From NCBI GenBank assembly GCA_964405655.1, contig CAYOOO010000005.1:6335-70334 (forward strand): a DNA stretch of 64,000 nucleotides. Reading direction: 5' to 3'. The notes beneath the pieces are model-generated. The model searched no databases. It saw only the letters and a list, made by a program, of their open reading frames with translations, and was not told the DNA's origin. Position 1 is the first letter of the stretch. Each line of letters opens with the position of its first letter. A program made the position numbers and the translations under genes. Of the stretch, positions 1-9,585 are shown in pieces. Source of the DNA: an uncultured Gammaproteobacteria bacterium (lineage in GTDB: Bacteria > Patescibacteriota > Microgenomatia > Daviesbacterales > UBA10151).

Positions 1-26
1 CGCTCTACCAACTGAGCTATGTGCCC
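1..26 (-). tRNA. Partial tRNA. The reverse complement of 1..26 is GGGCACATAGCTCAGTTGGTAGAGCG (acceptor 5' arm plus D-arm); the rest lies beyond the window edge and the anticodon is not visible.
   Basis: Canonical 7-nt acceptor, TA, then D-stem/loop GCTC-AGTTGGTA-GAGC. Confidence 0.5.
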
Positions 27-124
27 ATTAAACACAAGAATTCTATCTGAATTTTAATCATTGTGCAAGACTAACTCTCTTCTCCTATTTACAAATCTTT
101 TTTCTGACACTAACATTAAAATAT

Positions 125-364
125 ATGAGTAAGGATGCTAATTTGAACAGATTAGCTGGTAAGGGGTTGTTAAGCAAAAGAAGTATTATGTTTAAAAACT
201 TTTTGGGAGGCATCGCTTGGGGAGTAGGCTCTGTAATTGGAGCTACAGTCATTGTGGCACTGTTTATTTCTTTCCTAAAAACTTTTAACTTCATCCCAAT
301 AATCGGAGAGTTTATCACTCAAATTAGCCAGTATGTTGAGGCAAGTAAGTTTCCTATTAGATAA
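125..364 (+). CDS. Small hypothetical membrane protein, 79 aa.
   Basis: ORF with one hydrophobic helix (GGIAWGVGSVIGATVIVALFISF). No recognisable family. Confidence 0.35.
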   Translation: MSKDANLNRLAGKGLLSKRSIMFKNFLGGIAWGVGSVIGATVIVALFISFLKTFNFIPIIGEFITQISQYVEASKFPIR

Positions 365-384
365 TCTTGACTTAAAGATAGTAG

Positions 385-2178
385 GTGGGTAGAATTACTA
401 ACTTGGAAACGATGACCCGGAGGATTATGGCACAAGACACTAACTTAGAAAACATCAGACACTCCTGTGCCCATCTGCTGGCAGCGGCAGTTGTAAAGCT
501 TTGGCCTGATACTAAAAATACCATAGGTCCTGCAACTGATAATGGCTTCTATTACGATTTTGATTTTAAAAACCCTATCTCTGAAGAAGATTTTTCTAAA
601 ATCGAGGCTGAAATGGCCAAGATTTTAAGAACTTGGGATAAATTTGACAGAGTTGAGGTAACTTTTGAAGAAGCTAAAGAGAGATTTAAAGATAATCCTT
701 ATAAACTGGAGCTGATTGACGAGTTAGAGAAGGAAGGTCAACAAATTACTTTATACAAATCAGGGAACTTCATTGACCTTTGTAAAGGTGGACACTCAGA
801 AAATCCTCAGGAAGATATTGGTGCTATTAAGCTAATTGGTATTGCTGGAGCTTATTGGCGTGGAAATGAGAAAAATAAGATGTTAACCAGAATTTATGGA
901 GCCTGTTTTAGAACTAAGAACGAGCTTGAGGAACATCTTAAACTGCTTGAGGAAGCTAAAAAGAAAGATCATCGAATTTTGGGCGAAAGCTTGGAGCTTT
1001 TCACCACCTCGGTGGAGATTGGACCTGGACTAATTTTATGGTTGCCTAAAGGTACTCTTATTAAAGAAGAGCTAGAGAAACTTGGTAAAGAAACTGAGTT
1101 TAAGTATGGCTACCAGCGGGTTTCAACTCCTCACATTGCCAAAGAATCACTCTACAAACTCTCTGGACATCTGCCTTATTTTGCTACAGATATGTTTCCG
1201 CCAATGAAATCTGAGGAAGGTAATTATTATTTAAAACCAATGAATTGTCCTCATATGCATATGATCTATAAGTCAAAGTTACATTCCTATCGAGATTTTC
1301 CCATTAGGTATGCAGAGTTTGGAACAGTTTATCGGTTTGAGGATAGCGGCACACTGATGGGGCTTTTGAGGGTCCGTGGACATACTCAAAACGATGCCCA
1401 TATTTACTGTGGAAGTGAAGAACAGGCTTTAGAGGAGTTAGTCGCTGTTATGAAGCTTCATGAGTACTATTTTAAAATCTTTGGGATTAAAGACTTTTAT
1501 ATCGAGCTAGCGCTGCCTGATTTTGAAAAAAAGAAGGATAAGTATTTTGATAATCCCAAGGCTTGGGAAAAAGCAGTTAGTCTGTTAAGGAAAGCTGCTA
1601 AACAGTCTGGAGTTGAGGTGGTTGAGGATGTAGGGGGTGCAGCTTTTTATGGTCCAAAATTTGATTTCAATATCAAAAGCGCCACAGGCAGGAAATTTAG
1701 TATTACCACCAACCAGCTGGATTTTGGTTCGGGTGACAGATTCAAATTAAAATTCACTGACCAAGATGGTGCGGAAAAAATTGTCCCTTATATTATCCAC
1801 CGGGCACCTCTTGGGTCAGATGAGAGATTTATTGGTTATTTGATTGAGCTTTTTGGTGGTGCTTTTCCAACTTGGTTGTCACCCACTCAGGTAAAAATTA
1901 TCCCAATCTCAGATAAAAACCTTAGCTATGGACAAAAGCTTTTAGAACAATTTAAAGAGGCTGGGATCAGAGCAGAGCTTGATGACAAAAATTCGACAAT
2001 GCAATCAAAGATCAGAGACGGCCAGCTACAAAAGATACCTTATATGGTAGTTGTTGGCGAAAGAGAAGAAAAAGAGAAAAAGATTACTGTTAGAAGTAGG
2101 CGAGGGGAGAGTAAACCCAATCTGGATCTTAAGATGTTTCTAAAAGATCTTAACAAAGAGATTGCAGACAGAAGCTAA
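385..2178 (+). CDS. thrS: Threonyl-tRNA synthetase. It lacks the N-terminal TGS domain and begins at the N2/editing-like domain.
   Basis: HSCAHLL motif, class II core, and C-terminal anticodon-binding region (HRAPLGSDERFIGYLIE). Confidence 0.9.
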   Translation: MGRITNLETMTRRIMAQDTNLENIRHSCAHLLAAAVVKLWPDTKNTIGPATDNGFYYDFDFKNPISEEDFSKIEAEMAKILRTWDKFDRVEVTFEEAKERFKDNPYKLELIDELEKEGQQITLYKSGNFIDLCKGGHSENPQEDIGAIKLIGIAGAYWRGNEKNKMLTRIYGACFRTKNELEEHLKLLEEAKKKDHRILGESLELFTTSVEIGPGLILWLPKGTLIKEELEKLGKETEFKYGYQRVSTPHIAKESLYKLSGHLPYFATDMFPPMKSEEGNYYLKPMNCPHMHMIYKSKLHSYRDFPIRYAEFGTVYRFEDSGTLMGLLRVRGHTQNDAHIYCGSEEQALEELVAVMKLHEYYFKIFGIKDFYIELALPDFEKKKDKYFDNPKAWEKAVSLLRKAAKQSGVEVVEDVGGAAFYGPKFDFNIKSATGRKFSITTNQLDFGSGDRFKLKFTDQDGAEKIVPYIIHRAPLGSDERFIGYLIELFGGAFPTWLSPTQVKIIPISDKNLSYGQKLLEQFKEAGIRAELDDKNSTMQSKIRDGQLQKIPYMVVVGEREEKEKKITVRSRRGESKPNLDLKMFLKDLNKEIADRS

Positions 2179-2183
2179 ATTTG

Positions 2184-2192
2184 CTAGAATTT
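2184..2192 (+). promoter_or_regulatory. Extended -10-like element TGCTAGAAT upstream of infC, embedded in CTAGA palindromes.
   Basis: TGnTAGAAT ~50 nt upstream of the infC SD. The same 9-mer recurs at 3351. Confidence 0.3.
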
Positions 2193-2241
2193 CTAGGTCT
2201 ATCTAGACTTTTCTAGGTTTGTTTTAAGGAGGTTCTAAGAC

Positions 2242-2790
2242 ATCGGAAAATATTATCGCTTAAACCAAAATATTCATAACCCAAGACTTTTGGTAATTGG
2301 TCCAGATGGCGAGAAGCTTGGAGAGCTAAGCAGAGAAGAGGCAATTGAAAAAGCTAGAGGTTTAGAATTAGATTTGGTTGAAATAGCTCCCAATACTAAA
2401 CCACCAGTAGCAAAAATTTTGGATTTCCAGAAATTCCGCTACGAGGAGAGTAAAAAGGAGCAGGCTGCCAGAAAACATGCTAAGGAGGTTGAGCAAAAAG
2501 AGATTTGGTTAACACCTAGGATTGCTGATCATGACTTAGGAGTCAGACTTAACAGGGTTGAACAGTTTTTAAGCGAAGGTGATAAAATTATGTTTCGGGT
2601 CAAGTTTAAAGGCAGGGAGATGGCCCATTTGGAGTTTGGGTTCCAGCTTTTAAATAAGATCTTTGCTATTTTAGGAGATAAAATAACAATCGAGCGAGAA
2701 CCCAAGGTAGAAGGCAGAAGTATTACAGCTATAATTGGTAAAAGCAGAGGCGGAGGTAAAAATGAAAAAGTTGAAAAAAATAAAACATAA
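2242..2790 (+). CDS. infC: Translation initiation factor IF-3, probably starting at a non-AUG codon (ATC at 2242). The longest ATG/TTG ORF starts at 2290.
   Basis: IF3 N- and C-domain motifs. The in-frame upstream residues YRLNQNIHNPRL align to the IF3 N-terminus. AGGAGG at 2227-2232 sits 9 nt before ATC 2242. Confidence 0.8.
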   Translation: MGKYYRLNQNIHNPRLLVIGPDGEKLGELSREEAIEKARGLELDLVEIAPNTKPPVAKILDFQKFRYEESKKEQAARKHAKEVEQKEIWLTPRIADHDLGVRLNRVEQFLSEGDKIMFRVKFKGREMAHLEFGFQLLNKIFAILGDKITIEREPKVEGRSITAIIGKSRGGGKNEKVEKNKT

Positions 2791-2974
2791 AACTAAAAAG
2801 GCTTTAATCAAGCGTATCAAGATTACTGGGACTGGTAAGATTATGCGCTCTCACCAACTGCGCTCAGGTCACTTGAGAAGAAATAAAAGCAAACGGACCC
2901 TAAGACGTCATGCTAAAGCTACACCTGTCTCTAAAACAGCCTTAAAATCTATTAAAAGAATGTTAGGAATATAA
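2762..2974 (+). CDS. rpmI: 50S ribosomal protein L35.
   Basis: Basic 70-aa protein MKKLKKIKHKTKKALIKRIKITGTGKIMR...; classic infC-rpmI-rplT order. Confidence 0.8.
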   Translation: MKKLKKIKHKTKKALIKRIKITGTGKIMRSHQLRSGHLRRNKSKRTLRRHAKATPVSKTALKSIKRMLGI

Positions 2975-2975
2975 T

Positions 2976-3323
2976 ATGGCCCGAATTAAAAGAGGAGTTA
3001 CCTCACATAGAAAACATAAAAAAGTACTTAGGCTAACCAAAGGTCATGTTGGTGGTCGAAGCAAGCTAATCAGAAGAGCAAAAGAGTCTCTTCTTCATGC
3101 TGGCCAATATGCTTTTGCCGGTAGAAAACTTAGAAAAAGAGATATGAGAAGACTTTGGATAGTTCAATTGGGCAATGCTGTCAGAGCAGAAGGATTAAGT
3201 TACTCAAGGTTTATCTCTCAACTACGAACTCATAACATTAAACTAGATCGTAAGATCTTGGCTGATCTAGCTATTAATCACCCTGAAGACCTCAAGCAAA
3301 TCATCTCCCAAGTCACCAAATAA
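2976..3323 (+). CDS. rplT: 50S ribosomal protein L20.
   Basis: MARIKRGVTSHRKHKKVLRLTKGHVGGRSKLIRRAKESLLHAGQYAF is a typical L20. Confidence 0.9.
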   Translation: MARIKRGVTSHRKHKKVLRLTKGHVGGRSKLIRRAKESLLHAGQYAFAGRKLRKRDMRRLWIVQLGNAVRAEGLSYSRFISQLRTHNIKLDRKILADLAINHPEDLKQIISQVTK

Positions 3324-3350
3324 TCAAGCTATAGTAGCTTGGATTCCTTT

Positions 3351-3359
3351 GTGCTAGAA
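3351..3359 (+). promoter_or_regulatory. Extended -10-like TGCTAGAAT upstream of pheS.
   Basis: Identical 9-mer to 2184-2192, 11 nt before the pheS ATG region. Confidence 0.3.
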
Positions 3360-3369
3360 TTTTATCCAA

Positions 3370-4407
3370 ATGCAAGAAAAGCTTGTTAGTATTAAACAAA
3401 AATACCTAGATCAAATTAACAAGGCTAAAGATCTGAAAGAGCTTGACCAAATTTTTTTGGCGCTTTTTGGGAAATCTGGCCAACTCACTTTGCTACCCAA
3501 GCAGTTTCCAAAAATCAGCCAAGAAGAACGCAAGAGGGTCGGACCTTTATTTAATTCTGTTAAACAGGAACTAGAAAATGCTATTACTCAAAAAAGAGCA
3601 GAAGTTAGAGAAAGAAATTATGCCAAGTTAGCATCTGAAAGTCCCGAATTAGTTAAAACTGAAATAAAAAAACGGGAGGGCAACCTCCATCCCATTACTG
3701 AATTTGAAAATAAAATTGCAGATTTGTTTAAAAAAATTGGCTTTCAACAGTTTGATGGCCCCCATATTGATACTGATGAATATAATTTTGGCTTGTTAAA
3801 CATTCCTCCAGAGCATCCGGCCAGAGATATGTGGGATACCTTATATATAAAAGGCCATAATGAGCAGGCAGAAGGAGAATTACTTCTTAGAACCCATACT
3901 TCTGATGCCCAGGCTCATATTATGAAGCAATATAAACCACCAATCAGAATGATGATTATTGGACGTTGTTTCAGATATGAGAACCTAGACCCGAGGCACG
4001 AACACACCTTTGATCAATTTGAAATTGTTTATATTGATAAAGGTTTAAGTTTGGCTAATTTACAGTATCTTTCCGAGTATTTATTCAGGGGTATGCTGGG
4101 TGAGAATACTAAAGTTAGACTGTCTCCGGGTTACTATCCCTTTACCGAGCCTAGTGCCCATATCTTTGGCTCCTGCATTTTTTGTAAAGGTAAGGGGTGT
4201 CAGGTTTGTGGAGCAACAGGGGAGTTAGAGCTGGCTGGAGCCGGGATGATCCATCCTAATGTACTTAGAAACTGTGGGATAGATCCAGAAGTTTATTCAG
4301 GAATTGCTTGGGGTGTTGGACCAGGTAGAATGGCTATGCTTAAATATGATGTTGCAGACTTGAGGCTTTTTAACAGTGGGGACTTAAAGTTTTTACAGAA
4401 GCTCTAG
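3370..4407 (+). CDS. pheS: Phenylalanyl-tRNA synthetase alpha subunit.
   Basis: Class II motifs (FRYENLDPRHEHTFDQFE; GYYPFTEPS; GAGMIHPNVLRN). Contains a CxxC-x4-CxxC knuckle. Confidence 0.9.
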   Translation: MQEKLVSIKQKYLDQINKAKDLKELDQIFLALFGKSGQLTLLPKQFPKISQEERKRVGPLFNSVKQELENAITQKRAEVRERNYAKLASESPELVKTEIKKREGNLHPITEFENKIADLFKKIGFQQFDGPHIDTDEYNFGLLNIPPEHPARDMWDTLYIKGHNEQAEGELLLRTHTSDAQAHIMKQYKPPIRMMIIGRCFRYENLDPRHEHTFDQFEIVYIDKGLSLANLQYLSEYLFRGMLGENTKVRLSPGYYPFTEPSAHIFGSCIFCKGKGCQVCGATGELELAGAGMIHPNVLRNCGIDPEVYSGIAWGVGPGRMAMLKYDVADLRLFNSGDLKFLQKL

Positions 4408-4456
4408 AGTTGGGACAATAAGTCGCTACCGCGATTGAATGTTCCAATTAAATATT

Positions 4457-6172
4457 ATGAAAGTATCAATTGATTGGTTAAAAGATCTAGTTAATTTAAA
4501 AGTTTCTTTAGATGAGCTCATCCGTCTGATTCCTCTTCGAACAATTGGCTTAAAAGAGGTTACCCCTGATTTTTTAGAACTTGACATGAAAGGTTATAAC
4601 CGGGCAGATCTTTTATCCTTAAGAGGAGTGGCTTATGAGGTTGCAGCAATTACTGACTCTCAAGTTAAGTTTGAGGAACTAGGTGAGGATAAACTCCTTT
4701 GGATAGAACAAACTTTTCCATCCCTCAATGTCAAAGTTGAGGATGGGAAACTGGCTCCGGTTTATTGTTTGGTTAAAATATCCGGCTTAAAAGTTGCCCC
4801 TTCAGAAGATACTTGGGTTAAGAAACTGGCTGACTCAGGGATCAGATCCGTTAATAACTTAGCTGATATTACAAATTTAGTAATGATTGAGTATGGCCAA
4901 CCTCTTCATGCCTTTGATGCCAAAGCAGTCAAAGATGAAACCATTGTTGTCAGAACTGCCAAAAAAGGAGAGAGGCTTACCACATTGGATGGAAAAACCA
5001 GAGACTTAACAGAAGAGGATTTGTTAATTACTGATCCACAAAATGCTTTAGGAATAGCTGGAGTGATGGGAGGTAAAGATTCTGAAGTCTCAGAAACTAC
5101 AACCACAATTTTACTGGAGGCTGCAATTTTTAATCCTACAAGTATCAGAAGAACTGCTACCAGGCAAAAGCTGATCTCTGAGGCAAGTAAAAGATTTTAT
5201 CATGGGTTAACCCAAAAGAGATTGTTTCAAGCGCTAGATGCTGCCATTAAGATGTATCAAGATCTGGGTGGAAAGCTAGAAGGGTTAACAATTATTGGAG
5301 ATACCCAAGATCAAGTTAAAACAATTAAATTAACTCAGGAAAAGATTAACTCCCTTATTGGCGTAGATATCCCACCAGTGCAAGTGGAATCATTTTTGAA
5401 AAAATTAGGTTTCCACCTCGAAGGTGTAGGCTCAAACTCATGGCAAATCACTCTACCTTACTTTAGGCCAGATATTAACATTGAGGAGGATTTGATTGAG
5501 GAAGTTGCCAGGATGTATGGTTATGAGAAAATCCCATCAAAAGAGCTTAGGGGAAAGCTACCTAAAAAGATTGACCAGTCTCTTTTTGATTTAATTTATG
5601 ATCTTAAAAAAGCTTTAGTAGATATTGGTTTAACAGAAGTTCAAACTTACTCTTTTTACTCAACCCAGGTATTAAGCACATTAGGCTGGAATGAAGAAGA
5701 TAGAAAAAAACATCTGGTTAGAATTGCTAATCCCATTTCTTCTGAAACAGAGTTTATGCGTCAAAATATCTGGCCTAATTTAATTGAGGTGGTTGCTAAA
5801 AATTTAAAACAAGGTTTTGATGATATCGCTATATTTGAGCTTGGAAAAATGTATTGCTTAAATGAAAAGAATCACCCTGAAGAGGGGTATAGTTTGGCTA
5901 TAGCTTTAATGAACAATTCAGACTCGCCTGTTCTTGAACTGAATCAAATGCTCAAGAGCCTGAATGAGCAAATCAAGCTAAAATTGACTGTCGATAAAGA
6001 CACATCACCTCAAGTTTCATCCCATCTATTTCACCCAACCAGGTTTTACTCTCTAAAATTAGGGGAAAAAAGAGTTGGAGGCATGGCTGAAGTTCATCCT
6101 AAAGTGCTTTTTAACTTTGGGATAGATAAGCGAGTAGCTATACTCCAGCTTGATTTAAAGGAGCTAATATGA
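4457..6172 (+). CDS. pheT: Phenylalanyl-tRNA synthetase beta subunit, a short form (~570 aa).
   Basis: N-terminus MKVSIDWLKDLVNL, B3/B4 and B5 regions, C-terminal anticodon-binding-like domain. It immediately follows pheS. Confidence 0.85.
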   Translation: MKVSIDWLKDLVNLKVSLDELIRLIPLRTIGLKEVTPDFLELDMKGYNRADLLSLRGVAYEVAAITDSQVKFEELGEDKLLWIEQTFPSLNVKVEDGKLAPVYCLVKISGLKVAPSEDTWVKKLADSGIRSVNNLADITNLVMIEYGQPLHAFDAKAVKDETIVVRTAKKGERLTTLDGKTRDLTEEDLLITDPQNALGIAGVMGGKDSEVSETTTTILLEAAIFNPTSIRRTATRQKLISEASKRFYHGLTQKRLFQALDAAIKMYQDLGGKLEGLTIIGDTQDQVKTIKLTQEKINSLIGVDIPPVQVESFLKKLGFHLEGVGSNSWQITLPYFRPDINIEEDLIEEVARMYGYEKIPSKELRGKLPKKIDQSLFDLIYDLKKALVDIGLTEVQTYSFYSTQVLSTLGWNEEDRKKHLVRIANPISSETEFMRQNIWPNLIEVVAKNLKQGFDDIAIFELGKMYCLNEKNHPEEGYSLAIALMNNSDSPVLELNQMLKSLNEQIKLKLTVDKDTSPQVSSHLFHPTRFYSLKLGEKRVGGMAEVHPKVLFNFGIDKRVAILQLDLKELI

Positions 6173-6400
6173 AACTTGAGTCTTTGTTTAGGGGGTGTAA
6201 CCCATCTGATTGTGGATTGGACAGTCAAAACTGTGCTTTGGCAAGAATTGTAAAAAAGGTCAGTCCAGATGATACAGATGCTAGCAATTTCATTATTATG
6301 AGACTAGTCTCTTGTCAGAATTTACCTGCATCAGAAAAAGCAATCCAGGAGAATTATGGTTGTAGAGTACCAAGTTCGATGAGATCAACTTTAAGAAGGC

Positions 6401-8962
6401 TTAAAGAGCCACAGTTACCCCAACTGAAGTAGAAAAGGTTCCGCCGTTATTATCTTCAAGCGTGGCAGTGATAGTATGCGATCCCTTATCACCCACTGGA
6501 AATTCAACATGCAAAGCAAAAGGCTCTGTGGTTAAGGTTGATTTTAGCGCCCCATCTATTGTCCAGGTGACTTTTTTAACCCCAAAAGGAGAGTTGGTTT
6601 TAGCCAAAACATCAAAGACTCTAGGAACATTGGCCCCATTGGTAATATTAACAATCGAGATAACTCCTCCAGTTGACCCTCCTCCTAAGAATCCAGGGAT
6701 TCCACTACAACCCTTAGTTGCTCCAACTAATCTGGCATCAGAGGCTGTTAAGACCCACTGATCTATCCCAGTCTGCCACTTATTAGCACCTGTTGGGTCA
6801 TCTTCTTTTAGAACAACAACATCTTTCTCTTCTGCATCCTCACCATCACCTGCTAACCTATGAGGATTGCTCTTACAAACTTTTGCTCGTTGGTAAGCTG
6901 GTGAGCTATCTTTAGGTTCAGTTCCTTTAAGAAAATATTCTTTACGGGTAGGCGAACCATCTTTGGGTTTACCACCCATTAATCCATCAACATCAATATA
7001 GGAGACATCAGAAGGTGCATCAAACTTTTCATCAGGTAAGTCCTTAAGGGCGGCAATCATAATCTTTTGCCAGATGGGGGAGGCTCCTGTCACTCCTGAG
7101 GCAATCGCTGGATTCATTACCGAGTTATCATTATTTCCAACCCAAACACCAACTGCCCGGGATTTGGTGAAACCTACTGTCCAGTTATCTCTTTTTTCAT
7201 CTGTGGTTCCGGTTTTAACTGCGACTGTTTTTCCAGGTACATTTAAAACTGAATTAGAACCAAAAGCTGCGCTTCTTGCTCCATTATCCGACAGAATCGA
7301 AGATATTATATATGCCACACCTTCATCTAAAACTTTAACACCATCTGATTCCCGGTACTCATAAAGTGTTTTACCTTTTGAGTCTGTCACTTTAAGAATC
7401 GTGACTGGATCCTGCTTTCTTCCTTCGTTACCAAAAACTGCAAAAGCCGAAGTCAAATCAAGTAACCTAACTTCACGTCCACCTAAAGTTAGGGATAAAC
7501 CCACAGAATTAACATTTTCCTCAGTAGGTTCCCAACTAGTCAAACCCATTCTGTAACCTAAATCCATGACATTTTTAACTCCTGCTAAAGCTAGCATCTT
7601 AACAGCTGGGATATTATAGGAGTTACCAAGGGCGTATCTGACTTGAACCACACCATGATATTGACCATCATAGTTAACTGGAATATAGGTAGGTTTATTA
7701 CCTCCTGGAAACTCTGTTTTAACATCCACAATAGGGGAGGCAGCAGTATAGCCTTTTTGTAAACCAACTGAGTAGGTAATAGGCTTGGTAGCTGACCCTG
7801 GTTGCCTTTGACCAAGCGCGACATTAACATTTGGTTCAAAGACACAATTTTTACCTTCAGTGCAATCCGCTGGTTCAGATTTAGAGAAATAATCCTTTGA
7901 TCCAACCATCGCTAAAACCTGACCATTTTTGGGATTAATTACTACTGAGGCACCATTGCCAACTTTAAAATCCTTAAGTTTATCAATCTCATCTTTAACA
8001 ATCTTCTGAGCTTGCTCTTGAAGGTCATAGTCAAGTGTGGTGGTGACTCTTAAACCGCCTTTCTCAACTAGGGCATCGCCGAACTGATCAATCAATTTTT
8101 GTTTGACATACAATACAAAATGAGGAGCTTTAAAACCAATCTCATTTTGAGTAGTGCGATATTCAAGCGGTTGTTTTTTAGCCTCATCAGCCTGCTCTTT
8201 AGTAATGTATTGCTCTTCAATCATCCTTCTTAAAACCTCTGCCTGCCTTTCTTTAGCCAGTTCTGGATGGGTACCATAAGGAGAATAGACAGAAGGCCGT
8301 TGTGGTAACCCAGCTAAAAGCGAGGCCTCAGCAAGATTTAAATCCTTGACATGTTTACCAAAGTAAAGATTGGCAGCTGCCTCTATACCATAAGCAGTTC
8401 CACCATAAGGGATCTCATTTAAATACATCTCCAAGATTTGGTCTTTGCTATAAGTTCTCTCAGCCTGAATAGCCAATATCAACTCTTTGACCTTTCTGAT
8501 CAAACTTCTTTCTGAGGTTAAAAGAGCGTTTTTAACCAGCTGCTGAGTCAGCGTTGAACCTCCCTCAATCCTTCGGTGAACAACTAGTTCGTAGAAAGCC
8601 CTAAATATTCCTGAAATGGAAAAACCCTTATGTTTATAAAAATCTTTATCCTCAATTGAGATAGTTGCGAATTTAACAACATCTGGTACTTCTGAGAGCT
8701 TAATCGGGGTGCGGTTTTGATTTTGGAAGATATCATAGAGCAGCTGGCCATCCCGATCATAAATTTTAGTTGCCTGGGCAATAGTTCTACTCTGAAGCTG
8801 CTCAGGAGAGGGTACCTGGGTAAAAAAGAAGATCACCAACCCAATAAAGACTGCCAGCCCAATTAAAAAACCCTTAAGACCAATCGCACTAATAAAAGAG
8901 AGTAGTTTCAACTTAGCTGCTCCCGAATAGTCAGGATAACGACGTAATCTTCTAAAAGCCAT
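6401..8962 (-). CDS. mrcA: Bifunctional class A penicillin-binding protein (glycosyltransferase plus transpeptidase) with an extra C-terminal beta-rich domain.
   Basis: N-terminal TM helix; GT51 motifs (EDKDFYKHKGFS, RKVKELILA); SATK, SYN and KTGTT transpeptidase motifs. Confidence 0.85.
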   Translation of the reverse strand: MAFRRLRRYPDYSGAAKLKLLSFISAIGLKGFLIGLAVFIGLVIFFFTQVPSPEQLQSRTIAQATKIYDRDGQLLYDIFQNQNRTPIKLSEVPDVVKFATISIEDKDFYKHKGFSISGIFRAFYELVVHRRIEGGSTLTQQLVKNALLTSERSLIRKVKELILAIQAERTYSKDQILEMYLNEIPYGGTAYGIEAAANLYFGKHVKDLNLAEASLLAGLPQRPSVYSPYGTHPELAKERQAEVLRRMIEEQYITKEQADEAKKQPLEYRTTQNEIGFKAPHFVLYVKQKLIDQFGDALVEKGGLRVTTTLDYDLQEQAQKIVKDEIDKLKDFKVGNGASVVINPKNGQVLAMVGSKDYFSKSEPADCTEGKNCVFEPNVNVALGQRQPGSATKPITYSVGLQKGYTAASPIVDVKTEFPGGNKPTYIPVNYDGQYHGVVQVRYALGNSYNIPAVKMLALAGVKNVMDLGYRMGLTSWEPTEENVNSVGLSLTLGGREVRLLDLTSAFAVFGNEGRKQDPVTILKVTDSKGKTLYEYRESDGVKVLDEGVAYIISSILSDNGARSAAFGSNSVLNVPGKTVAVKTGTTDEKRDNWTVGFTKSRAVGVWVGNNDNSVMNPAIASGVTGASPIWQKIMIAALKDLPDEKFDAPSDVSYIDVDGLMGGKPKDGSPTRKEYFLKGTEPKDSSPAYQRAKVCKSNPHRLAGDGEDAEEKDVVVLKEDDPTGANKWQTGIDQWVLTASDARLVGATKGCSGIPGFLGGGSTGGVISIVNITNGANVPRVFDVLAKTNSPFGVKKVTWTIDGALKSTLTTEPFALHVEFPVGDKGSHTITATLEDNNGGTFSTSVGVTVAL

Positions 8963-9036
8963 AGCGTTAAGAAGATTATATCTTAAAAAGATACAAGAGC
9001 GTAGCGATTATATCAAAGTTATGCATAAATTGTAGG

Positions 9037-9585
9037 TTAGAATACTAGTTTATATAGTTTAGAACTCAGGCGGGTTTTAGCATACTTTTTAATCAGTTCA
9101 AAACCACCAATAAAGGTAGCAGTGTAAAAGATATCCCCAAGTAAGGTATTTTTGTAAAAGGGGATGGCGCTTATATAGCTTTGGAGTAAACCAGTTAAAT
9201 CTTTTGAATAAGTTGAGACTGGGTTTGACCAAACAGCTAAATTAGTCAGAAGATAAAAAAGTGTTGAGGAAAACAGGGTTGCTCCAAAAATAAGCAAGGG
9301 GTTTTTGTGAGGCTTCAACCACAAACCAATCAGACCAATTAGCAAAAAACTTCCATAAACACTAATCATGTCTAAGCCATAAAAGCCAATAGAGAGATCA
9401 CTGATAAAAAGAGCACTTATAGGCAAAACAAAAGCAAATTTTTTAGGCAGATAAACACCGGAAAATAAAGCTATAGCTGTAATTGGAGCAAAATTAGGTG
9501 GGTGAGGCAGGAGTCTTAAGACTACCCCAATCAATATCATCAAAACTGGTGCTAACTTTAAATCTTTAATCACTTTAAATCCCAT
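9037..9585 (-). CDS. Polytopic membrane protein, possibly an ECF-transporter S-component-like protein.
   Basis: 182 aa with ~5-6 hydrophobic helices and an HPPNFAPI motif. It overlaps the DUF4430-like gene upstream. Confidence 0.35.
   Translation of the reverse strand: MGFKVIKDLKLAPVLMILIGVVLRLLPHPPNFAPITAIALFSGVYLPKKFAFVLPISALFISDLSIGFYGLDMISVYGSFLLIGLIGLWLKPHKNPLLIFGATLFSSTLFYLLTNLAVWSNPVSTYSKDLTGLLQSYISAIPFYKNTLLGDIFYTATFIGGFELIKKYAKTRLSSKLYKLVF

Noticed and set aside
4180-4215. CxxC-x4-CxxC knuckle in PheS (CIFCKGKGCQVC) as a novel insertion.
   Set aside because: To my recollection, similar Cys clusters occur at this position in PheS of several Gram-positive bacteria. I did not verify this, but it is unlikely to be novel.
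6169-6432. 87-aa Cys-containing ORF between pheT and the PBP gene.
   Set aside because: No motifs or RBS. It overlaps the PBP 3' end and is probably a spurious ORF in a convergent intergenic region.
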